Below are positions 56,829 to 64,000 of a stretch of DNA of 64,000 nt, piece after piece. The first letter of the stretch is position 1. Each line of letters starts with the position of its first letter. The translations under genes and the position numbers were made by a program. The DNA comes from an uncultured Actinomycetota bacterium (GTDB taxonomy: Bacteria; Actinomycetota; Actinomycetes; Mycobacteriales; Micromonosporaceae). Where the stretch lies: contig CAVSGF010000010.1 in NCBI GenBank assembly GCA_963727415.1, forward strand, positions 354,902 through 418,901, read 5' to 3'. The notes beneath the pieces are model-generated. The model did no database searches. It saw nothing but the letters and a program-made list of their open reading frames with translations, and was not told the DNA's origin.

Positions 56829-57100
56829 AGTTCCTGGTCCTGTGGCGCATCGAGCTGTCGCTGCTATCCCGCCACATGGCCGCGGCGATCGCCCGGATGC
56901 CGGAGTACGCGCGGCCGCTGGAGCGTACCGGCAAGATCGTGGCTCGCTACCACCTGGTCGGCGCGCATGGCGGCGCCTGGATCTACGACGTCGACTCGAA
57001 CGAGGAATTGGAACGCCTGCTCGGCTCGGCGCCGGTGTACAACTACGCCCGCTACGAGGTGCACGCCCTGGCCGAGATGCTGGGCGAGCCGGAGGGCTGA
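56825..57100 (+). CDS. Small muconolactone-isomerase-like / Dabb-fold protein
   Basis: 91 aa, VKFLVLWRIELSLLS..., with a ferredoxin-like signature. Confidence 0.4.
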   Translation: MKFLVLWRIELSLLSRHMAAAIARMPEYARPLERTGKIVARYHLVGAHGGAWIYDVDSNEELERLLGSAPVYNYARYEVHALAEMLGEPEG

Positions 57101-57223
57101 ATTAGCCACCAAATCGGGCAGATCGATTGCGAGATTCGTGGACTCGGCGAAAACTCTGGGCATAGCAGACATATCTGTCCGGGCCAACGGTCGGTACTGT
57201 CCGTCACCGCTGGACGGCGCCGC

Positions 57224-57673
57224 ATGCCAAGGGGTGATCGCGTGAGCAGAGCGGCGCGGGAAGCGGTCGCGGAGCGTCATTGGACCTGCGGCCGACGGCT
57301 CCGGGAGCGGCGGCACGCCCTCGGCTTGACGCAGGCGGACGTGGTCGCCCGCATCTCTCCGGGGACCGGGCTGACCAACCGCGCCCTGTCCACCATGGAA
57401 AACGGCCGTCAGCTCGACGTCGGCATGCTGCCGGAACTGGCCGCCGCCCTCGATTGCTCAACCACGTACCTGCTCGGCCTGACCGATGACCCGCACGCCT
57501 GGGCACCCGGCGATACCGCCACGCCGGGTCCTGCCCAGCCGCCGCGCGGCGACGGCCCGATCCCGCCCACGACCGCCCCGGAGGCGGCCGGCGAGCCATT
57601 TCGGGAACCCGGTCGCCACAACTGGATCCTCGGCCCCGACGTTCCACTCGGACCGGTTCCGCCGACCGGATAG
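57224..57673 (+). CDS. XRE-family transcriptional regulator
   Basis: HTH LRERRHALGLTQADVVARISPGTGLTNRALSTMENG, with a Pro-rich tail. Confidence 0.55.
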   Translation: MPRGDRVSRAAREAVAERHWTCGRRLRERRHALGLTQADVVARISPGTGLTNRALSTMENGRQLDVGMLPELAAALDCSTTYLLGLTDDPHAWAPGDTATPGPAQPPRGDGPIPPTTAPEAAGEPFREPGRHNWILGPDVPLGPVPPTG

Positions 57674-57737
57674 ATCCGCGACTCAACCGCCCCCGCACAC
57701 CGACTCACTCGCTCCGCATAAACGTGAGGAGGCCGCG

Positions 57738-58817
57738 ATGCGGCTGATCCGGGTTCCACTGATCCAGCCATCACGTGTGATCCAGCCATCACGTGTGATC
57801 CAGCCATCACCTGCCGTCGCTGGCCGCCGCCGGGCGCTCCGCGCCATCACCCTGGCGACCCTCCTGGCCGTCCTCGCCGCTTGCGGAGGCACCGCCGGCG
57901 GCTATGGCAGTCGAAGCGATGGTGAGTCGCTGACCCTCTATACATCGGTCACCCAGAACACGGTGGACGCGGTTGTCGCGGGGTTCAAGGCCGCCCATCC
58001 GGGCACCACAGTCGATGTCTTCCGGGCCACCACCGGGCAGATGAACGCCCGGATCGCCGCCGACCGGCGATCGGGCGGGTTGCGCGCCGACGTGATCTGG
58101 GGGACCGATCCGCTGTCCATGCAGTCCTACGCCGATCAGGGCCTGCTCGCCCGCTGGCCGGCACCGGGCATTCCCAACGTCCCTGACTCGCTCAAGACCA
58201 GCGACTTCTGGGGGACCCGCATCCTGTACATCGTGATGGTCGGGCACAGCGGCCTGTCCCCCGCGCCGGCCCGGTGGGCCGATCTCACCAAACCGGAGTT
58301 CCGGGGCAAGGTGGCGCTGCCCGACCCAGCCGCCGCCGGGAGCGCGTTCGCGGCGCTCGGCTACTTCGGTCAGAGCCCGGCCTTCGGCCTCGACTTCTAC
58401 CGATCGCTGCGAAGCAACGGGGCCAGGCAGGTGAGCACGATCCCGGAGGTGGTCACCGACGTCGCCCAGGGTCGCTATCAGGTCGGCATCACCCTGGACT
58501 CGCAGGCGCGAGCCGCCATCGGAAAGGGGTCACCGGTCACCATGATCTGGCCGGCCGACGGCGCGATCGCGCTCTATAGCCCGATCGCCCAGACGGCGAA
58601 GGCACCGCACGCCACGGCGGCCACCGACTGGTTGCGCTATGTCCTGTCGCCGGACGGGCAGCGCCGGATCGCCGGCACCGGCTGGCAGCCGGTACTACCA
58701 GCCGTCGACGGGCCGCCGCGACCGGCCGGTGCCACGTCGGTCTCGCCCGACTGGACCGCGCTGTTCGGCCACCAACGCGACCTGCTGCAGGCGTACCAGC
58801 AGATCTTCGGCAGATGA
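57738..58817 (+). CDS. ABC transporter substrate-binding lipoprotein, Fe(III)/thiamine-type
   Basis: GTGAGGAGG SD. Signal with RRRALRAITLATLLAVLAACGG (twin-Arg plus lipobox). Confidence 0.6.
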   Translation: MRLIRVPLIQPSRVIQPSRVIQPSPAVAGRRRALRAITLATLLAVLAACGGTAGGYGSRSDGESLTLYTSVTQNTVDAVVAGFKAAHPGTTVDVFRATTGQMNARIAADRRSGGLRADVIWGTDPLSMQSYADQGLLARWPAPGIPNVPDSLKTSDFWGTRILYIVMVGHSGLSPAPARWADLTKPEFRGKVALPDPAAAGSAFAALGYFGQSPAFGLDFYRSLRSNGARQVSTIPEVVTDVAQGRYQVGITLDSQARAAIGKGSPVTMIWPADGAIALYSPIAQTAKAPHATAATDWLRYVLSPDGQRRIAGTGWQPVLPAVDGPPRPAGATSVSPDWTALFGHQRDLLQAYQQIFGR

Positions 58818-60568
58818 CCACGGCGGACCCGGATGCCGCGATCCGGCGACCGGGCTCGATGGCCCGCGCCCCGGCGCGCGCCGCGCTGATCACCGCTGCC
58901 GTCGTGCTGCTGGTCGCGCTCGTCGCCGCCCCGATCGCGGAACTGACCCGTGCGGCACTCGCCTCGGGCGTGCCCGGCATCGCCGCTACCTTCGCCCGAC
59001 CGGGTACGTCCGGCGCCATTGGTCACTCACTCGCGGTCGCCGCCATCGTCACCGTCGCCTCGCTGGTGCTGGCCACGGCGTTCGCGCTCCGGGTCGAGCG
59101 ATGCCGTCCCGGGATGCGTGGCGTGCTCCGGGTGACGCTGGCGGCGCCGCTGCTGATCCCGGAGTTCGTGCTGGGCTTCGCGTGGGCGCAGGCGTACGGT
59201 CCGGCCGCGCTCGGCGATCAGGTGGCCGGGTTCTCGCTGCCCGGCCTGTACGGGCCGGCGGGCATCGTCGTGGTATTGACCGCGCATGCCATGCCGCTGG
59301 CATATCTGGTGCTCACCGCGGCGGTCGCGGCCCGGGCCGACCCGGATGCCGAGCGCGCCGCGCGGATCTGCGGCGCCGGCCGGTGGACCACGTTGCGGAC
59401 GGTGACCCTGCCGATCCTGCGAGTACCCCTAGTCGCCGCGGGGGTGCTCGTCTTCGTATCCGCGATGGGTAGCTTCGCGGTGCCGTCAGTGCTCGGCACC
59501 CCGGCCGGCTACGCCACCATGTCCACGCTGGTCTACCAGGATCTGAACCTGGCCGCGGACCCGGCCGCCTTCAGCGACGTGACGGTGCTCGCACTGACCA
59601 TGGCGGTGCTGGCGCTCGCGGCCGCCGGGGGCGCGGACGCCGCGACCGGCTCACGGCGTGCGGCTGGTAGCGGGCCGGGCGGCGTGGCCCCGGCACCCCG
59701 TTCATCGGCCGGGATCGCGGTCACCACCGGCCTCTACACATTCGCCGCCGTCGGAGTGCCCGTGGCGGCGCTGGCCCTGACCGCGCTGACCCGGGCGCCG
59801 GGCCTGCCGCCGACCCCGGCGAACTGGACCGCCAGCCACTTCTCCACCGGCCTGACCGGCCCGGCCTTGGTCGCACTCCGCCACACCCTGGTGCTCGCGG
59901 GCGCCGCCGCGATCGTGGTGCCGGTGATCGGAATGCTGGTCGCCGTGGTTCGCCGGCGCACCGGTGGCCGTGCCGTTGCCATCGCGGTAACACTGGCGTT
60001 CGCGGTGCCCGGGTCGGCGCTGGCAGTCGGCACGATGATCGCGTACGGGCGGTGGCTGACCGGGTCGGCGGCCATCATCCTGATCGCGTACCTGGCCAAG
60101 TTCTGGGCGCTCGGGCACCGGCCGATCGAAGCCGGCCTGGACCGCATCCCGCCGGACGCCACTCGCGCCGCCCGGATCAGCGGCGCCCGCCCGGCGGCCG
60201 CGTTCGGTACCGTAGTGGTGCCGATGCTCGGCCCGGCGTTCATCGCGGCGCTCGGCATCACCTTCCTGTTCGCCTCGCATGAGCTGACCATGTCGACGAT
60301 CCTGTACGGGCCTGGCAGCCAGACACTCGCCGTAGTGATCGCGAATCAGCGGGACCTCGGCGACGTCGGATCCACCGCGGCGCTCGCCGTGATCCTGATG
60401 GTGCCCGCGGTGTTCGCGGGTCCGTTGATCGCGCTGGCTTGGCGGCTAAGCCGGCCGCGCTCGCGGTACGCCCGCCAACGACCGGCCGGCTACCCCGCTT
60501 CCGGATCCGGTCCGGCCCGGCCTTACGCCGCCACCGGTGCCGGCGCGACCACGGCCGGGCCGTCATGA
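58814..60568 (+). CDS. ABC transporter permease, duplicated FbpB-type
   Basis: 584 aa with 12 TM helices and two EAA-like loops. ATGA overlaps on both sides. Confidence 0.6.
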   Translation: MTTADPDAAIRRPGSMARAPARAALITAAVVLLVALVAAPIAELTRAALASGVPGIAATFARPGTSGAIGHSLAVAAIVTVASLVLATAFALRVERCRPGMRGVLRVTLAAPLLIPEFVLGFAWAQAYGPAALGDQVAGFSLPGLYGPAGIVVVLTAHAMPLAYLVLTAAVAARADPDAERAARICGAGRWTTLRTVTLPILRVPLVAAGVLVFVSAMGSFAVPSVLGTPAGYATMSTLVYQDLNLAADPAAFSDVTVLALTMAVLALAAAGGADAATGSRRAAGSGPGGVAPAPRSSAGIAVTTGLYTFAAVGVPVAALALTALTRAPGLPPTPANWTASHFSTGLTGPALVALRHTLVLAGAAAIVVPVIGMLVAVVRRRTGGRAVAIAVTLAFAVPGSALAVGTMIAYGRWLTGSAAIILIAYLAKFWALGHRPIEAGLDRIPPDATRAARISGARPAAAFGTVVVPMLGPAFIAALGITFLFASHELTMSTILYGPGSQTLAVVIANQRDLGDVGSTAALAVILMVPAVFAGPLIALAWRLSRPRSRYARQRPAGYPASGSGPARPYAATGAGATTAGPS

Positions 60569-61671
60569 GGCAGCCGGACGCGCTCCGCTGTGTCGGGCTG
60601 GATCTCGGGTACGCCGGCGCCACCCCGGTGCTGCGTGGCGTGGAGATGGGTGTCGCGGCCGGCGAGGCGGTGGCGCTGCTCGGCCCGTCCGGATCAGGCA
60701 AGACCACGCTGCTGCACGCGGTCGCCGGGTTCGTTGCCCCGGCGGCGGGTGAGATCTGGCTCAGTGGCCGGCGCGTGTCGACCGCCCGTTCGAGCACGCC
60801 GCCGGAGCGGCGCCGGGTCGGGATGGTCTTCCAGCATTACGCGCTGTGGCCGCACATGCCGGCCGTGGACACGGTGGCGTACCCGATGCGGCGGCGCGGC
60901 ATGCGCCGGACCGCCGCCCGCGCCCGCGCGCTCGACCTGCTCGACCGGGTCGGCATCGCGGCGCTGGCCGACCGCCGCCCGCACCAGCTTTCCGGCGGCG
61001 AGCAGCAGCGGGTTGGACTGGCGCGGGCGCTGGCCGGCGAGCCCGCGATCTACCTGTTCGACGAGCCCAGCGCTCACCTGGACGCCCACCTCCGCGCGTC
61101 GGTTCGCCAGGAACTGGACCGGCACCGCGCGGCCACCGGCGCGGCCGCCGTATACGCGACGCACGACACCACCGAGGCATTGTCGCTCGCGGACCAGGTC
61201 GCCGTCGTGCACGGAGGCCGCCTGGCCCAGATCGGAACCCCGGAGCAGGTGTACGCCGAGCCGGTGGACGCGACCGTCGCGGCACTCACCGGCACCTCTT
61301 CGGTACTGCGCGGCACCACACATCGCAACCCGGACGGGGCGATATCGCTGCGAATCGGCCCGATCGCCGCGATCGTCCCCGGCGCCGGACCGGCCGCGCC
61401 CGCGGCGGAATCGTTCCTGATACGCCCGGACTGGGCCAGCCTCGGTGGTGACCTGCCGGGCACCGTGACGGCGGTGGCCTTCCAGGGCCCGGCCAGTGAT
61501 TACCACCTCGATACGCCAGGTGGCGCCGTGGTGATCCGGGAGGCCGGCCCACCGCGCGCCCGGGTCGGCGAAGCGGCCGGCTGGACTCTTCATCGGTGCT
61601 GGCCCCTGCCGGCCGGTGCGCCAGCCGCCGTACCGGAGCCGTCTGGCCATCCGGTTCGCGCGCCGGCATAG
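60565..61671 (+). CDS. ABC transporter ATP-binding protein (FbpC-like)
   Basis: Walker A GPSGSGKTT, signature LSGGEQQRV and Walker B YLFDEPS. Confidence 0.7.
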   Translation: MRQPDALRCVGLDLGYAGATPVLRGVEMGVAAGEAVALLGPSGSGKTTLLHAVAGFVAPAAGEIWLSGRRVSTARSSTPPERRRVGMVFQHYALWPHMPAVDTVAYPMRRRGMRRTAARARALDLLDRVGIAALADRRPHQLSGGEQQRVGLARALAGEPAIYLFDEPSAHLDAHLRASVRQELDRHRAATGAAAVYATHDTTEALSLADQVAVVHGGRLAQIGTPEQVYAEPVDATVAALTGTSSVLRGTTHRNPDGAISLRIGPIAAIVPGAGPAAPAAESFLIRPDWASLGGDLPGTVTAVAFQGPASDYHLDTPGGAVVIREAGPPRARVGEAAGWTLHRCWPLPAGAPAAVPEPSGHPVRAPA

Positions 61672-61747
61672 GTCGGATGCGCTGGTCGGCCCGTCTTTCA
61701 GGCACATATGTTGGCGGAGCAGATACCCCCATGGGTATAGTCGCGAA

Positions 61748-61812
61748 GTCCATCCCGACCAAAGTCCATCCCGACCAGAGTCAAGTCCCGAGCAAAGTCG
61801 ATCCCGAACAGA
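61748..61812. repeat. Four tandem ~16-bp units (GTCCATCCCGACCAAA-like) upstream of the small Cys-rich ORF
   Basis: Seen directly. Confidence 0.6.
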
Positions 61813-61823
61813 GGAGCCCGTTC

Positions 61824-61985
61824 ATGTGCTACCCGATCACCTGCCACGCCTGCGGCAAGATCACCTACGACGGCTGCGGCATGCACGTTGAGGAGGTAAT
61901 GGCGAACGTGCCGGTCGAGCAGCAGTGCACCTGCGGCGGTGCTCCGGCCGGGAGCGACGCCGCCGCCGACCAGCTCTGGCGCTGA
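61824..61985 (+). CDS. Candidate small Cys-rich protein MCYPITCHACGKITYDGCGMHVEEVMANVPVEQQCTCGG...
   Basis: ATG preceded by AGAGGAG at -8. It has six Cys in CxxxxCxxC...C...CxC spacing. An alternative start is ATG 61731. Confidence 0.4.
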   Translation: MCYPITCHACGKITYDGCGMHVEEVMANVPVEQQCTCGGAPAGSDAAADQLWR

Positions 61986-62084
61986 CCGCGCCAACCACGT
62001 CCGGCAACGCCCGCCCGCTTACGGGCATTGGCACGTCCGGGGCCGTCCGCGCCGCGGCCCCGGACACAGTGCCGTCACTGGCAC

Positions 62085-62160
62085 CGTTGCCCGCGCGCAC
62101 CGTTGCCCGCGCGCACCGCTGCCCGCTCGCGCCGCTGCCCGCTCGCACCGTCGCATGACG
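62085..62160. repeat. About 4.5 tandem 16-bp units (CACCGTTGCCCGCGCG-like) downstream of the small Cys-rich ORF
   Basis: Seen directly. Confidence 0.6.
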
Positions 62161-62515
62161 CCGCACCGTCGCGGCCCCACCGCCGGCCCGGCTGACGAAG
62201 CGGCGCGGTCGGCCCAGCGGTCAGCGCCCGCAGCCGGGCCAGGAGAGTGCCGCTGAACGGAAAGCACCGCCGGGTTAGGAAAGCACCGCCGGACGGTAAA
62301 GCGGAGCTAGTCCGAAAAAAGAGATAGATCTAAATTAAAAGATGGTGCTAACCCGCCCCGGCAGGCATGTCGTTTTGGACGGTTGACCCGACCAGCGCCG
62401 AACGACAATCATTCCTCTCTATGCGCTGAGTCCATGTGGACGGCGAAGTAATCGACCAGGCTGCCAGGCATGTAACGCCGGGCCGGCTGATCGGCGCTCG
62501 GGCGGGAGCGAGACG

Positions 62516-63865
62516 GTGGACGGCAAGACGGTTGGTGTTGAAACTGCTGGCACGGACGTGACCGGTTTGGGCGCGGCTGGTTTCAGCAGCCCCGGCCAGG
62601 CCGCCGGGGCGCCATCCCCACCACCCCTGGCCGCGCACGGTGGCATTCCGGTGCGCAGCACCCCGTGGCCGACCTACGACAAGGGTGCCGTGTTCGTCCA
62701 GCCCGAGGACGAGGAAGCCGCGATCCGCGCGATCCGCAGCCACCTGTACTTCCGATACGACCACCGGCCACCGCATGAGACCGAATGCGCCCGGTTCGAG
62801 GCGGATCTGTGCGACTTCTTTGACGTCCGGCACGCACTCGCCGTCTCCAGCGGCACCGCCGCACTGGCGCTGGCGATCCTCGCCGCCGGCATCCCGCCGG
62901 GATCACTGATCGCATGTCCCGGCTTCACCTTCGTGGCGACGCCGTCGGCGATCGTGCTGGCCGGCTGCCGGCCCCTCCTGGTCGAGGTGGACGAGGACCT
63001 GAACCTGGACCTCGACGACCTGCGAAGCCGCTGGTCTCCGGAGATCAAGGCGATCATGGTCGTTCACATGCGAGGGTTCGCGTCCGACGTGGAAGCGGTC
63101 GGACGGTTCGCCGACGAGATGGGCGTCCCGGTGTTCGAGGACGCGGTACCTGCCCTGGGCGCCGAACTGAGAGGACGAAAGCTGGGCACGTTCGGCCGGG
63201 CCGGTGCCTTCAGCACCCAATCGGACAAGTCGCTCAACTGCGGCGAGGGCGGGTTCCTGCTCACCAACGACGCTGATCTATACGCTCGGGCGGTGGTGCT
63301 GTCCGGAGCATACGAAGGCCGGGTTCAACGTCACTTCCCGGATCGCCCGTCGCCACTGGAGTCCGACCTCGGACTGCCGCTGCTGAGCTTCCGGATGGAT
63401 GAGATCCGGGCGGCTCTGCTCCGCTCCGAACTAGGCCGGCTGCCGGTGCGGCTGGCCCGGTTCAAAGCCAATTATCAGTACGTCGCGGGCGCCCTCGACG
63501 GCGTGGACGGCATCGCGATCCGGCGCCCGGTGCAAGCCGATGCCTACCTCGGCGAGGCGTTCATCTTCCGGGTGCCGGGCGGGGACGCCCGGTGGTTCGC
63601 GCACGCCTTGCGGTGCGAGGGCATCGACGCCCGGAACCTGGGCGCTGCCGACGACACCAACGTCCGGGTGTTCTGGAACTGGCGATTCTGCTACGACACC
63701 GACGATGTCGGCGCGATCCAGGCGATGCTCCCCGCGACCACGCGGTACCTCACCGACGCGGTTGACGTACCGCTGTCATCGACACTGACCCGCGACGATT
63801 GCGACCACCTGATCGAGGCGGTACGCCGGGTTGCGCGCGTGTCGCGCTCCGTGGCGCTGGCATGA
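62516..63865 (+). CDS. DegT/DnrJ/EryC1/StrS-family PLP-dependent aminotransferase
   Basis: AVSSGTAALALAILAAGI and the PLP-Lys region FSTQSDKSLNCGEGGFL. GTG start. Confidence 0.6.
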   Translation: MDGKTVGVETAGTDVTGLGAAGFSSPGQAAGAPSPPPLAAHGGIPVRSTPWPTYDKGAVFVQPEDEEAAIRAIRSHLYFRYDHRPPHETECARFEADLCDFFDVRHALAVSSGTAALALAILAAGIPPGSLIACPGFTFVATPSAIVLAGCRPLLVEVDEDLNLDLDDLRSRWSPEIKAIMVVHMRGFASDVEAVGRFADEMGVPVFEDAVPALGAELRGRKLGTFGRAGAFSTQSDKSLNCGEGGFLLTNDADLYARAVVLSGAYEGRVQRHFPDRPSPLESDLGLPLLSFRMDEIRAALLRSELGRLPVRLARFKANYQYVAGALDGVDGIAIRRPVQADAYLGEAFIFRVPGGDARWFAHALRCEGIDARNLGAADDTNVRVFWNWRFCYDTDDVGAIQAMLPATTRYLTDAVDVPLSSTLTRDDCDHLIEAVRRVARVSRSVALA

Positions 63866-64000
63866 CCACGACGGTCAAGCCGATCGCGGTTCCCAAGCTC
63901 TGGCTCGGCGGCATCTTCGGCGGCCTGTTCTGCGGGTACGCGGGTCTGACCTCGGTGATCCCCGTGCTGCCCAGCTTCACCCGCGAGCGCTACGGTGCCG
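63862..64000 (+). CDS. Membrane protein, N-terminal fragment (runs off window end)
   Basis: ATG overlaps the upstream stop (ATGA). It has a hydrophobic TM segment LWLGGIFGGLFCGYAGLTSVIPVLP. Confidence 0.4.
   Translation, partial: MTTTVKPIAVPKLWLGGIFGGLFCGYAGLTSVIPVLPSFTRERYGA

Noticed and set aside
1-64000. tRNA, rRNA and CRISPR scan
   Set aside because: By eye there are no GTTCGA/TTCGAATCC-type T-loop contexts with cloverleaf potential, no rRNA-like conserved blocks and no repeat-spacer arrays. The only regular arrays (46215-46420, 61748-61812, 62085-62160) are contiguous tandem repeats without spacers.

Overview
This is a high-GC (about 70%) actinobacterial chromosomal window, dense with genes on both strands. 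Many overlap at ATGA/GTGA junctions, which suggests operons. What I can support, from left to right:
(1) The 3' part of a Tad/Flp pilus-type operon: a TadA/CpaF ATPase N-terminus running off the window edge, a CpaE-like protein and a CpaB-like SAF protein. Two unusual upstream genes, a secreted Gly/Cys-rich protein and a lipoprotein, are translationally coupled to it.
(2) An HTH + TPR gene pair and two orphan IS3-OrfA-like HTH genes, next to an AT-rich patch.
(3) A deaminase/RibD_C reductase pair and a CAP-domain secreted protein.
(4) A complete maltose/maltodextrin utilisation cluster: a Tat-lipoprotein alpha-amylase, two paralogous LacI/MalR regulators, malEFG and two GH13 alpha-glucosidases, with CTTGCAG-type operator motifs.
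(5) A sulfatase, a GT2 glycosyltransferase, and small stress-type proteins.
(6) A tightly coupled NfeD-flotillin-giant protein operon. The giant protein is 1,676 aa with a C-terminal AAA+ ATPase. I consider this the best candidate for an undescribed system. ArfB lies convergent to it.
(7) A copper and cytochrome-oxidase-assembly island: a CtaG-like gene, a CopD-CtaG fusion, a CopA P-type ATPase and a DUF5134-like gene.
(8) TenA-like, DUF222-HNH and amidohydrolase genes.
(9) A cytosolic (no Tat signal) [NiFe]-hydrogenase cluster, group 1h/5-like. It contains the small and large subunits, a NifU-like protein, three conserved hypotheticals, a maturation protease, hypA and hypC. It is interrupted by a decayed IS110-family element with a twice-frameshifted transposase. 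Next to that element are a 17-bp tandem-repeat array and a 34-aa membrane peptide ORF.
(10) YceI/MIase-like genes, an XRE regulator and an Fe(III)-type ABC importer. These are followed by a small Cys-rich ORF flanked by two tandem-repeat blocks and an AT-rich island, then a DegT-family aminotransferase.
I found no rRNA or tRNA genes and no CRISPR array. All calls rest on reading the six-frame translations and the DNA by eye. No database search was run.
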